From Pseudomonadota bacterium (GTDB taxonomy: Bacteria > Pseudomonadota > Alphaproteobacteria > Sphingomonadales > Sphingomonadaceae): a stretch of 64,000 bases of DNA. Below the pieces are notes generated by a model that made no database searches, was not told where the DNA came from, and was given only the letters and a program-made list of their open reading frames with translations. The translations under genes were made by a program, and so were the position numbers. The stretch is taken from positions 5,072 through 69,071 of the forward strand of contig JBCDCK010000002.1 of NCBI GenBank assembly GCA_039181895.1, written 5' to 3'. This document shows positions 29,782 to 39,157 of the stretch, in pieces (position 1 is the first letter of the stretch; each line of letters opens with the position of its first letter).

Positions 29782-29901
29782 GTCCGCTTTCTCTTCCATA
29801 TGCGGACCTATGCACTGGTCTCGTTGAACGTCCGCTTTCAGGATCAAGCGGACAAAAGCCACAATCCGTTTGCTGCATGACCGTTTCGGACACAATATCC
29901 G
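29782..29901. repeat. Right cluster of GTCCGCTTT...GCGGAC palindromes
   Basis: GTCCGC-N14-GCGGAC 29782-807; GTCCGCTT-TCAGGATC-AAGCGGAC 29830-53; GGACACAATATCCG 29888-901. Confidence 0.7.
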
Positions 29902-29932
29902 CTGCGGCATTGGGAAGTCCGTCAGCCGAGCA

Positions 29933-30709
29933 TCAGCTGCGTTGGAGCATGGCGATCTGTTTGAGGCTTTGATCGCGCGGCATGCCGCTGAACCCGAAAA
30001 AATGCGACTGTCCAGTTTCGCCATGCGGACCCTGGTCAACGATGTGGAACACCGCTGCGGCAAGATCCTCCGGTTTCATTCCGGCATCGGCTTTTTCCGG
30101 CGACACCGCACGCAGCATGGGAGTGTCCACAGCGCCGAAGCACAGTTCGTTCACCCGAATGCTCAGATCTTTCAGCTCAGCCGCCCAGGTTTGTGTCAAT
30201 CGCCACAACCCGAATTTGGCGCAGTCATAGCCGGTGGAACCGACGATGTAGGACAGGTAGTGATCTTCATCCATATGCTCGGTGTTCATGTTGATGATGA
30301 CGGGATTTTCTGCTGTCCGGAGCATCGGGACGGCGGCCAGCGTGCAGAAAAAGGCCGCGTTCAGGCAGGAATCGATCGCTGTCCGGAATGCCGTGACCTG
30401 GCTTTGATAGTCACCGGAAGTGAGCGAGCTGTCGTTCCACACGGCGCTGTTGTTCAGGAGCAGATCGATATGATCTGTTTCCTCGCCAATCCTGTCGAAT
30501 GCTGTCCTGACTTCGTCGGGGTTGCCGGCGTTGATGGCAATGCTGGTGCACTGTCCTCCGGCATCCGTCACCAGCTTGTCGGTATCGGCATTGCCGAGGA
30601 CATCATGATCGATATTGTACACCCGGCCGCCACGTTCACCGACAGCTTTCGCCACGGCCTGTCCGATTCCGACGGCACCGCCGGTGATGACTGCTGTCAG
30701 GTTCGACAT
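29933..30709 (-). CDS. Short-chain dehydrogenase/reductase
   Basis: TGGAVGIG, LNNSA, YDCAK (YxxxK), VDTPM. Confidence 0.9.
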   Translation of the reverse strand: MSNLTAVITGGAVGIGQAVAKAVGERGGRVYNIDHDVLGNADTDKLVTDAGGQCTSIAINAGNPDEVRTAFDRIGEETDHIDLLLNNSAVWNDSSLTSGDYQSQVTAFRTAIDSCLNAAFFCTLAAVPMLRTAENPVIINMNTEHMDEDHYLSYIVGSTGYDCAKFGLWRLTQTWAAELKDLSIRVNELCFGAVDTPMLRAVSPEKADAGMKPEDLAAAVFHIVDQGPHGETGQSHFFGFSGMPRDQSLKQIAMLQRS

Positions 30710-30712
30710 TCG

Positions 30713-31114
30713 CTATCTCCTGCCCGACCACCAGCTGGCGATTTCAACGGGATATCGTTCCTGCGCTATTTTCATATTCTCTTCCATGTCATCGGTCAGC
30801 GCAGGATCCATTGTTTGGGTGAGCCCGCCACCGGCCCCCTCGACCGGGTCGACATATTCCAACCGGATATCGGCGATGACGTCGGCAAAATCATGCCCTT
30901 CATGATGATCGGACATCTGATGGCGGTAAAAGGCCCACTTGTCCTGGAACGACAAAAGGCAATAGAAGAAATTCTCTTCCTGGCCTTTCCAATATTCGTA
31001 GCGTGCGACACCCGTTTCGGTTTCCAGTGTCTGCTTGACCATATCGGCGGTAATCGCTTCGAACTTGTCCAGCTTGTCGGGCTTGATCCAGATATGCGCG
31101 AGTAAAGTGGTCAT
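30713..31114 (-). CDS. Antibiotic biosynthesis monooxygenase (ABM) fold protein
   Basis: IKPDKLDKFE..ETGVARYE..F..AFYRHQMSDHH pattern. Confidence 0.75.
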   Translation of the reverse strand: MTTLLAHIWIKPDKLDKFEAITADMVKQTLETETGVARYEYWKGQEENFFYCLLSFQDKWAFYRHQMSDHHEGHDFADVIADIRLEYVDPVEGAGGGLTQTMDPALTDDMEENMKIAQERYPVEIASWWSGRR

Positions 31115-31124
31115 GCCATTCTCC

Positions 31125-32432
31125 CTAGGCTTTGGAAAATCTCAGATTGAGTTTCAGCGTGCCCAGCATGATGCCGGGCTGATGCAGGAAATCATTGTCC
31201 TCGCCATAGGCGATGTCATCGAGTCTATCGAGCAGCCGGTTCCAGGCAATTGTCTGTTCCAGCCGCGACAATCCGGCGCCCGGACACACCCGCGGTCCGG
31301 CAGAAAAGGCCAGGTGTCGGGTTGCGGCCTTGCGATCCAGTTTCAGGCTCTTCGGATCCTCAAATTCGTCCGGGTCAATATTCGCGGCGGCCCAGCGAAG
31401 GTGCAGCGTTGAACCCGCCGGTACGTTCACTCCCTGAAACACCTCATCCTGACTGGTAATCCGGGTCGAAAGGCCCTGTGTCGGGGAGCGCAACCGCATT
31501 CCTTCCTCGATAAACGTTCTCAAAAGACGGCGGTCCTGTTTCAGGTTTCGGAATAGTTCGGGGCTTTCACAAATCAACTGGGCCTGTTCGGCGAGCGCAT
31601 ATTGCGTGGTTTCGAGACCGCCTATCAACATGGCGTACACCACGCCATTAATCTCGTCATCGGTCAGTTTCCGATCAAGCGCCCTATAGTGAACCTGCGT
31701 AAGGAACGAGACCATGTCGTCTTGTGGATCGGCGCGCTTTTCTCTGGTCTTTTCGCGCACATATTCACCGAAACCTTCAAGCAACCGGCTTTTTTCGTTC
31801 ATCTGTTCTTCGGTCAGCCTGTTATTGTGCCCGCATCCGTGGACGTAAGCCAGGACCTGCGCATTGCCCCACTCCTCCAGTTGCGGTGTATCCTCCATCG
31901 GAAATCCCAGCACGGAGGCCATGGTCCGTTGCGGCAACGAACGGGCAAATTGTTTGACAAAATCCACTTCGCCATCATCAATCCAGTGATCAATCAGATG
32001 GTCGACATGACCTGTGATCATTTCACGATGACGTTTCGCGCCGGGACCGACCCAGGGATCGGTCAATTCCTGCCGGTGGGCCCGCCACAGCTCGGGCGTG
32101 GGCCGGAGCGAACAGATCGAAATGATCATGGCGTCCAGACCCGGCATTTCCTGAGGCAGTTTTCCTTCCTCCTCGATTTGCCTGACGAGCAATGCCAGGG
32201 TCGGGGGAAAGCGATCCCAGTCCTTCACGACAAGCGAAATATCTTCGTATTTGGTCAGTATATAGGCGTCCCGGTCGGGGGTCAGTCCCTCGCCCGGTAT
32301 CTTCAGGACCGGCGCCTGTTCGTGCAGGAGATCATAAGCTGCATACCATTGCTCCGGAGCCCCGGGACCGAACAGGTCAACCTCATCAGCCGTTCGCGGG
32401 CATTGCATTGGCGATGCTTCTGTGGTGCCCAC
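31125..32432 (-). CDS. Cytochrome P450, copy 1
   Basis: I-helix GGLETT, ExxR (EEGMR), HLAFSAGPRVCPG; GTG start with CAGGAG RBS. Confidence 0.95.
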   Translation of the reverse strand: MGTTEASPMQCPRTADEVDLFGPGAPEQWYAAYDLLHEQAPVLKIPGEGLTPDRDAYILTKYEDISLVVKDWDRFPPTLALLVRQIEEEGKLPQEMPGLDAMIISICSLRPTPELWRAHRQELTDPWVGPGAKRHREMITGHVDHLIDHWIDDGEVDFVKQFARSLPQRTMASVLGFPMEDTPQLEEWGNAQVLAYVHGCGHNNRLTEEQMNEKSRLLEGFGEYVREKTREKRADPQDDMVSFLTQVHYRALDRKLTDDEINGVVYAMLIGGLETTQYALAEQAQLICESPELFRNLKQDRRLLRTFIEEGMRLRSPTQGLSTRITSQDEVFQGVNVPAGSTLHLRWAAANIDPDEFEDPKSLKLDRKAATRHLAFSAGPRVCPGAGLSRLEQTIAWNRLLDRLDDIAYGEDNDFLHQPGIMLGTLKLNLRFSKA

Positions 32433-32540
32433 GCTCTTCTCCTGTCTGGTCTGTTCATTTCGCCAGTTGTGTCACCTCTTCAAAAGAGCATTCTGCGTTC
32501 AGAATCCATTGGCAAATTGGAGAGGAAAGGAGAGGCGTTG

Positions 32541-33131
32541 ATGAGCCGGATAGAAAAACTTCCACCCGAGCAGTGGGATCCGCGCATTGTCGCGGCAGTC
32601 AAACCGGAAGAGGCGACAGAGCTGGAACAGGGGCTGACCCGATTCTTTGCGCATTGCCCGGAGCAGGCATTGGGCTTGATGGGATTCGGTGGCGCGCTGA
32701 AAATGAATCGCTCCCTGCCTGACCGGATGGTTGAACTTGTCCGGTTGCGTATTGCATTTTTCAATCAGTGCCGGTCCTGCATGGCGATCCGGTATCGCGA
32801 TGCTCTGGATGACGGCCTCGACGAAGACCTGGTCTGTTCGCTGGAAAAACCTGCCGAGTCCGAAAACCTGTCTGATGCGGAAAAAATTGCGATCCGCTAT
32901 GGCGAGCTCTTCGCAACAGACCATCTCGCCATTGATGACAGGATTCACGATCAGTTGCGGGAACATTTCAGCGAAGCGCAGATTGTGGAACTGGGCATGA
33001 CCGTTGCATTTTTTGTCGGCTTCGGACGGCTGGCTGCGACTTGGAAGATGGTCGAGGAATTGCCCGCCGCATTTCAGGACACCAGCCAGAGCATTGCGCC
33101 CTGGGGCGAAGAAGCCATTCACGTACGTTGA
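32541..33131 (+). CDS. Carboxymuconolactone decarboxylase/AhpD-like protein
   Basis: ELVRLRIA..NQCRSC, HFSEAQIVEL; ATG 32541 after GGAGAGG. Confidence 0.85.
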   Translation: MSRIEKLPPEQWDPRIVAAVKPEEATELEQGLTRFFAHCPEQALGLMGFGGALKMNRSLPDRMVELVRLRIAFFNQCRSCMAIRYRDALDDGLDEDLVCSLEKPAESENLSDAEKIAIRYGELFATDHLAIDDRIHDQLREHFSEAQIVELGMTVAFFVGFGRLAATWKMVEELPAAFQDTSQSIAPWGEEAIHVR

Positions 33132-33140
33132 GGAAAGATC

Positions 33141-34418
33141 ATGGCCACAAAATTAGATCCGGATGTAAACCTGTTCGACAGTGACACGCAGCAATGTCCC
33201 TATGAAGCTTACAAGACGTTGCGCAATGAGGCGCCGGTCTACAAGCAGCCGGGGACCGACAATATGTTTGTTGTCACCCGCTATGATGACGTCCGTGAGG
33301 TATTGACCAATCCGGCGCGTTTCCCCAGCGCTGCGCCTGACATGAGCAGCCGTGCCTCTCCGGCAGATATGGAACGCGGTCGCAAGGTAGTCGCGCGGTT
33401 TGAGGAAAAGGGATGGCTGCCTGCACCAACCCTGGCAGGCCGGGATGATCCCAACCACAAGCAGATGCGTGCCATGTTCAACGAGGCCTTCAAGCCGAGC
33501 CGGATCAAGCAGATTGATCCGCTGGTCGAAAACCTCGCCTATGAATTGATCGACAGCTTTGTCGACGATGGCCATTGCGAATGGGTGAAGCAGTTCGCAA
33601 TTCCACTGCCACTTTTCATTATTGGCGAACAAATGGGTGCGAAGCGGGAGGATATGTGGAAGATCAAGCGCTGGACCGACGCTTTTTTCCAGCGGATTTC
33701 GATGATGCTTCCCGAAGATCGCCACCTGGAGATGGTCGACCGGGAAATTGAGGCACAGCATTATTTTCAGCCGATCTTCGAACGTTTGCGAGAAAATCCG
33801 GACGAGTCATTGATAAGTGTGCTGGTCAACACGGTTATCGAGGGTTGGGGTCGACCTCTCAACGATAATGAACTGCACGCCGAAATGATGGCTGACACCT
33901 TTGTCGGCGGCAGCGAAACAACGACCAACGCGTTGGCCGCCGGCATGAAATTGCTGATCGAGAACAAGGATGTCTGGCAAAAACTAAAGTCGGATCCCGA
34001 GAAGTATATGAGAACCTTCGTTGAGGAAGTGGTGCGGCTGGAATCACCCGTGCAGAGCCTGATGCGCTTTGTTCTGGAGGATACCGAGATCGCGGGGATT
34101 GCTATTCCCGCAGGCTCCGTCATCAATGTCAGATATGCGGCGGCCAATCGCGACGAACGCTTTTTTGACTGTCCGGAAAAGATCGACCTCGAGCGCAAGA
34201 AAGCCGGTGCCCATATGGGCTTTGGCTCCGGCACCCATCACTGTCTTGGTGCACCTTTGGCGAGACGAGAGCTTGTCTGGGGATTCACTGCAATCGTTGA
34301 TCGATTTGAAGATATGTGGTTTGCGGAAGGCAAGAATGATTTCGCATATCATCCGCACTTTCTGCTGCGCTCACTCAAAGAGCTTCACATTGAATTCGAA
34401 CCCAGATCGGGACGATGA
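33141..34418 (+). CDS. Cytochrome P450, copy 2
   Basis: VGGSETT, EEVVR, AANRDE, HMGFGSGTHHCLG. Confidence 0.95.
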   Translation: MATKLDPDVNLFDSDTQQCPYEAYKTLRNEAPVYKQPGTDNMFVVTRYDDVREVLTNPARFPSAAPDMSSRASPADMERGRKVVARFEEKGWLPAPTLAGRDDPNHKQMRAMFNEAFKPSRIKQIDPLVENLAYELIDSFVDDGHCEWVKQFAIPLPLFIIGEQMGAKREDMWKIKRWTDAFFQRISMMLPEDRHLEMVDREIEAQHYFQPIFERLRENPDESLISVLVNTVIEGWGRPLNDNELHAEMMADTFVGGSETTTNALAAGMKLLIENKDVWQKLKSDPEKYMRTFVEEVVRLESPVQSLMRFVLEDTEIAGIAIPAGSVINVRYAAANRDERFFDCPEKIDLERKKAGAHMGFGSGTHHCLGAPLARRELVWGFTAIVDRFEDMWFAEGKNDFAYHPHFLLRSLKELHIEFEPRSGR

Positions 34419-34451
34419 AATTCACCGCCCTGGTACAGGAATTGCAGCATC

Positions 34452-34853
34452 ATGGATCCCTATAACTATATAGTCATCGTCAGCGCACTTGCTCTGCTGT
34501 CCTACTATTTTACCTTGCTGATGGCAGGTCTGGCGCGCGGAAGATTCAAGATTGAGGCCCCTTCGCATAGCGGCCCGCCCGAATATGAACGTTATGTGCG
34601 CGCGCATCACAATACCCTTGAACATCTCGTCCTGTTTCTGCCGGGACTATGGCTGTTTGCCTATAGCGTGAGCCCACATTGGGCCGCAGCCATCGGATTG
34701 ATCTGGCCGATTATGCGTGTCGGATATGCATTGGGATACCACAGAGCGCCGGAAAAACGCCTCCTCTGGATCTATCTCAGCATGCCTCCCATCTATATTT
34801 TCGTTCTGGGCTCATTGTTCAGCGGACTATGGCAATTGGCGAACAGCTTGTAA
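34452..34853 (+). CDS. MAPEG family membrane protein (microsomal GST/LTC4S-like)
   Basis: AR.RFKIEAP..GPPEYERYVRAHHNTLE..RVGYALGY. Confidence 0.9.
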   Translation: MDPYNYIVIVSALALLSYYFTLLMAGLARGRFKIEAPSHSGPPEYERYVRAHHNTLEHLVLFLPGLWLFAYSVSPHWAAAIGLIWPIMRVGYALGYHRAPEKRLLWIYLSMPPIYIFVLGSLFSGLWQLANSL

Positions 34854-35009
34854 TTGGTCAAAATTGCAATCGGCGCCAATTGACTCGATGTCGGCGCACA
34901 GGCAAAAATTGGCAATTCGCCGTTCCCATGATCTCAGATTTGGGTCAGCGAGTCACAATGGCTGACAAGGCCACAGAAACCCGCATTGTCTCATATTTTC
35001 CGGACGGGT

Positions 35010-35657
35010 TTAACGATGCTTGCGGCGGCGAAGTGAAAACCGCCAAGGACGGCGAGATTTGCCAAATTCCAGCGAGGGCCGCGGCGCAGTGGTTTCGGTC
35101 ACCAGCTTATGATTTCGTTTGAGGAAAATTGCCGTGATTATTCCTGCGATTGCGCCGAACAGGTGCGATTCAAAGGAAATGAAGCCGGCAGTTGGCAAAA
35201 CACCAACCACCATGCCACCGTAGAAAAAGACAACGCCAAGTGCGATAACAATGTTGCGAAAACTGCGCTCTATCCATCCCAGTGCGATGATCAGGCTCCA
35301 TAACCCGAAAATCCAGCCACTTGCGCCAATATGCAGGGCATCCCGTGCAAAGAGCCATACCAGGATGCCAGTGATTGCGATGATCAGGAAACTGGCGAAC
35401 AGAAAATAGCGTCTGCCATTGAGCAAGCACAGGAAACTGAACACCACTATCGCAAGCATGTTATTTCCCAAATGCGTGAAATCCCCATGCAGCCACGGCG
35501 CGGTGAAGATAGTGTAGATGCTGTCAATCTCGCGCGGTTCGATGCCGTAACTGGTCAGATAGCCGCCGGACAACAGATTGGCGAAATGGACCGCGACAAA
35601 TAGTCCGCACAGGATCGCTATGACTTTCAGGCGTTCTGTCAGGTTGGGAATTTTCAT
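35010..35657 (-). CDS. Rhomboid family intramembrane serine protease
   Basis: LHGDFTHLGNN, GASG, SHLFGAIAG. Confidence 0.9.
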   Translation of the reverse strand: MKIPNLTERLKVIAILCGLFVAVHFANLLSGGYLTSYGIEPREIDSIYTIFTAPWLHGDFTHLGNNMLAIVVFSFLCLLNGRRYFLFASFLIIAITGILVWLFARDALHIGASGWIFGLWSLIIALGWIERSFRNIVIALGVVFFYGGMVVGVLPTAGFISFESHLFGAIAGIITAIFLKRNHKLVTETTAPRPSLEFGKSRRPWRFSLRRRKHR

Positions 35658-35763
35658 TGGCCTGTGCGGTTTAGCATCCGCTGAACCGCACTGCAAATTC
35701 GCAGCCATGGCCGAGAATTCCGTCGCGTTACGTCGGGAGATCGCAAAGGCGACCGTCTCCGAA

Positions 35764-36915
35764 CTATTCGGTCAGGTCTTCCCACGCTTCTTTGAGCTTT
35801 GTGAAAAAACCGTCCGATTGCGGGCTTTCCGCGCCAGTCTCGGTCTCCTGGAACTGCCGCAAGATCTGGCGCTGTTCCTTGGTGAGTCTGGTCGGGGTCT
35901 CCACGTCGATCTGGACCACCATGTCGCCATGACCACGACCACGCAGCACCGGCATGCCGGCGCCGCGTTGGCGGATCTGCTTGCCGCTCTGGATGCCTGC
36001 AGGAATCCGGATGTCATGCTTGGTGCCATCCAGTCCTGGAATGGTGATTTCACCACCCAGCGCCGCCATGGAAAAGCTGATCGGCGCGCGGGTGAACAAT
36101 GTTGTGCCGTCGCGTTCGAAGATCGGATGACGTTTGAGATGGATAAAAATATACAAATCGCCGGGAGCAGCGCCGCGCGCGCCGGCTTCGCCCTTGCCGC
36201 TCAAGCGGATCCGCGTGCCGGTATCGACTCCGGCCGGAATTTCCACTTCCAGTGTCTGTGGCTTGTCGACCCGGCCTTCGCCGAAACAGACGTGACACGG
36301 GCTTTCGATTATCTCGCCCCGACCCTGGCATGTTGCACAGGTGCGCTCGACAACGAAAAACCCCTGTTGTGCGCGAACCTTGCCGTGTCCGTGGCAGGTG
36401 GGGCAGATCTTGGTGCCAGTACCCGGTTCTGATCCGGAGCCATCACATGCCTCGCAAGCGACCGAGACGTCGATCTCGATCTCCGTCTGCTGCCCGTGGA
36501 ACGCCTCTTCCAGCGTGATTTCCATGTCATAGCGCAAGTCCGCACCACGTGCCGGACCGCGCTGTTGCTGTCCGCCAAATCCGCCACCGGCATTGCCGCC
36601 ACCGAAAATCGTTTCGAAAATATCGCCAATATCGTTGAAAGCAGCTCCGGCAAAGCCACCACCGCCAGCATTGTTGCCGCCGCCGTTGGTGAACGCGGCA
36701 TGGCCATATCGATCATAGGCGGCCCGCTTTTGCGGGTCCTTGAGCACGTCATAGGCTTCGCTGATCGCCTTGAATTTCGCCTCGGCCTCGGCATCACCGG
36801 GATTACGGTCCGGATGATATTGCATCGCCAGCTTGCGATAGGAGGATTTCAGAGTCGCGCCGTCACAGCCACGATCGACCTGCAGCTGTTCATAATAGTC
36901 GATTTCGGTTGCCAT
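35764..36915 (-). CDS. dnaJ: Chaperone DnaJ
   Basis: HPD J-domain, G/F region, four CxxCxGxG repeats. Confidence 0.97.
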   Translation of the reverse strand: MATEIDYYEQLQVDRGCDGATLKSSYRKLAMQYHPDRNPGDAEAEAKFKAISEAYDVLKDPQKRAAYDRYGHAAFTNGGGNNAGGGGFAGAAFNDIGDIFETIFGGGNAGGGFGGQQQRGPARGADLRYDMEITLEEAFHGQQTEIEIDVSVACEACDGSGSEPGTGTKICPTCHGHGKVRAQQGFFVVERTCATCQGRGEIIESPCHVCFGEGRVDKPQTLEVEIPAGVDTGTRIRLSGKGEAGARGAAPGDLYIFIHLKRHPIFERDGTTLFTRAPISFSMAALGGEITIPGLDGTKHDIRIPAGIQSGKQIRQRGAGMPVLRGRGHGDMVVQIDVETPTRLTKEQRQILRQFQETETGAESPQSDGFFTKLKEAWEDLTE

Positions 36916-36943
36916 TACACTGCTTCCCCCGAAGCCGGAAAAG

Positions 36944-37012
36944 CGCTGCCCCGGCAAGAGTGGCCTGGGCCGGATTCACGCTCCCGCCCTGCCAGCCCTT
37001 GCGGGGGCAGCG
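36944..37012. other. Long imperfect hairpin between dnaK and dnaJ
   Basis: Nested pairs CGCTGCCCC/GGGGCAGCG, GCAAG/CTTGC, TGGC/GCCA, GGGC/GCCC. Confidence 0.6.
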
Positions 37013-37021
37013 TCCGATTCA

Positions 37022-38968
37022 TTATTCTGCGGCCTTGGCTTTGTCTTCCGGCTCGGCATCATCCGAGTCATTGACTTCCGAAAATTCGGCGTCGACGACA
37101 TCGTCATCCGCCTGTGCGGCAGCATCAGCCGCCGCAGCGTCAGCGGCATCGCCGCCCGCAGCCTGCTCGGCTTCATAGATCTTCTGACCCATTTGCATCG
37201 AAACCTGTGCCAGCGCTTCCGACTTCGTCTTCATCGCTTCCGGATCACCGCCTTCAATGGCTTCTTTCGTTTCCGTCAGCGCCGCCTCGATCTGGCCTTT
37301 CAGCTCTTCGTCGATCTTGTCGCCATGCTCGGCCAGCTGCTTCTCGGTCGTGTGGACAAGACTTTCGGCATTGTTCTTGGCTTCCGCCTCTTCCCGCCGT
37401 TTCTTGTCTTCTTCCGCAAATTTCTCGGCATCCTGGACCATCTGGTCGATGTCATTGTCGGTGAGACCGCCAGACGCCTGGATCTTGATCTGCTGTTCCT
37501 TGCCGGTGCCCTTGTCCTTGGCCGAAACGTTCACGATTCCGTTGGCGTCAATGTCAAACGTCACGTCAATCTGCGGCACACCGCGCGGTGCCGGCGGAAT
37601 GCCGACCAGATCAAACTGGCCCAGCATCTTGTTGTCCGCTGCCATTTCGCGTTCGCCCTGGAACACCCGGATGGTCACGGCCTGCTGATTGTCATCGGCG
37701 GTCGAGTAGACCTGCGATTTCTTGGTTGGAATGGTCGTGTTGCGGTCAATCATCCGCGTAAAGACACCGCCGAGGGTTTCGATGCCCAGCGACAGCGGAG
37801 TAACATCGAGCAGCAGAACATCCTTGACGTCACCCTGCAACACGCCGGCCTGAATGGCGGCACCCATGGCCACCACTTCGTCCGGGTTCACGCCGACATG
37901 CGGCTCCTTGCCGAAAAACTCCTGCACGGTTTCGCGCACCTTGGGCATGCGGGTCATGCCGCCAACCATGACGACGTCATCAATTTCCGAAGCGTTGATA
38001 CCGGCGTCCTTGAGCGCTTTCTTGCAAGGGTCGAGAGTCCGCTTGACGAGATCGCCAACCAGCTTTTCCAGATCGCTCCGGCTGATCGATTTCACCAGAT
38101 GCTTTGGTCCGTTCTGGTCGGCCGTGATGAACGGCAGGTTGACTTCGGTTGTCTGCGCCGAGGACAGTTCGATCTTCGCCTTTTCGGCGGCTTCCTTCAG
38201 ACGCTGGAGGGCCAGCTTGTCCTTGGTGAGGTCAATGCTTTCCTGCTTTTTGAAATCGTCGGAAAGAAATTCGACAATTTTGGCATCAAAGTCTTCGCCG
38301 CCCAGGAAGGTATCACCATTGGTGGATTTCACTTCGAAAACACCGTCGCCGATTTCGAGAATGGAGATATCGAACGTCCCGCCACCAAGGTCGTAAACTG
38401 CGATAGTCTTGCCGTCATTCTTCTCCAGCCCATAGGCGAGCGCAGCGGCCGTTGGTTCATTGATGATGCGAAGAACCTCGAGGCCGGCAATCTTGCCTGC
38501 ATCCTTGGTCGCCTGACGCTGGGCGTCGTTGAAATAGGCCGGAACGGTAATGACCGCCTGCTCGACCGTTTCACCAAGATAGCTTTCGGCTGTCTCCTTC
38601 ATCTTCTGCAGCGTGAAGGCCGAGATCTGGGCAGGAGAATAGTCTTCACCGCCGGCCTTCACCCAGGCATCTCCGTTGGAACCCTTGACGATCTCGTAGG
38701 GAACCAGCTCCATGTCCTTTTTCGTCATCGGGTCATCGAACCGGCGGCCGATCAGGCGCTTGACCGCAAAGATCGTGCTTTCCGGATTGGTGACCGCCTG
38801 GCGCTTCGCCGGCTGGCCAATCAGACGCTCGCCATCCTTGGTAAACGCCACAACGGACGGGGTTGTCCGGGCGCCTTCCGCATTTTCAATAACCTTCGGC
38901 TTGCCGCCGTCCATGACGGCTACGCAACTGTTCGTCGTGCCGAGATCAATACCGATAACTTTAGCCAT
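37022..38968 (-). CDS. dnaK: Chaperone DnaK
   Basis: [37 protein letters not shown]. Confidence 0.99.
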   Translation of the reverse strand: MAKVIGIDLGTTNSCVAVMDGGKPKVIENAEGARTTPSVVAFTKDGERLIGQPAKRQAVTNPESTIFAVKRLIGRRFDDPMTKKDMELVPYEIVKGSNGDAWVKAGGEDYSPAQISAFTLQKMKETAESYLGETVEQAVITVPAYFNDAQRQATKDAGKIAGLEVLRIINEPTAAALAYGLEKNDGKTIAVYDLGGGTFDISILEIGDGVFEVKSTNGDTFLGGEDFDAKIVEFLSDDFKKQESIDLTKDKLALQRLKEAAEKAKIELSSAQTTEVNLPFITADQNGPKHLVKSISRSDLEKLVGDLVKRTLDPCKKALKDAGINASEIDDVVMVGGMTRMPKVRETVQEFFGKEPHVGVNPDEVVAMGAAIQAGVLQGDVKDVLLLDVTPLSLGIETLGGVFTRMIDRNTTIPTKKSQVYSTADDNQQAVTIRVFQGEREMAADNKMLGQFDLVGIPPAPRGVPQIDVTFDIDANGIVNVSAKDKGTGKEQQIKIQASGGLTDNDIDQMVQDAEKFAEEDKKRREEAEAKNNAESLVHTTEKQLAEHGDKIDEELKGQIEAALTETKEAIEGGDPEAMKTKSEALAQVSMQMGQKIYEAEQAAGGDAADAAAADAAAQADDDVVDAEFSEVNDSDDAEPEDKAKAAE

Positions 38969-39050
38969 AATTCCCTCAGTTCAATTTCCATATTAAGCAA
39001 AATAGCCGCCCGGCCCTTTTACAGCGGCACCGTTACAGCTTCGCAATGGG

Positions 39051-39078
39051 ATATAGGTGGCATTTTTCCCTGCACAAG
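39051..39078 (-). promoter_or_regulatory. RpoH (sigma32) promoter of dnaKJ
   Basis: Minus strand CTTG-N17-CCTATAT, matching the alphaproteobacterial RpoH consensus. Confidence 0.8.
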
Positions 39079-39157
39079 ACTTGGCAGCCAGACCGTGAGG
39101 CCCTACATTGATAATAGTATCCATATGGCACAGAAATTCAGGAGTTTTACAGGTCTT

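Noticed and set aside
27476-29901. CRISPR array or classical integron attC sites
   Set aside because: Repeats are few, degenerate and irregularly spaced; no cas or intI gene, and I saw no RYYYAAC/GTTRRRY ends.
31602-32540. Apparent 509-aa fusion ending in the AhpD-like domain
   Set aside because: The extension is the antisense shadow of P450 copy 1; the RBS supports a start at 32541.
37193-39157. 807-aa plus-strand ORF antisense to dnaK, in frame with the copper chaperone
   Set aside because: Long antisense frames opposite dnaK are a known codon-bias artefact; only 39158-39616 has a lipobox and PCu(A)C motif.
38969-39157. CIRCE operator upstream of dnaK (also sought before hrcA)
   Set aside because: No TTAGCACTC-N9-GAGTGCTAA found; RpoH-type promoters explain both.
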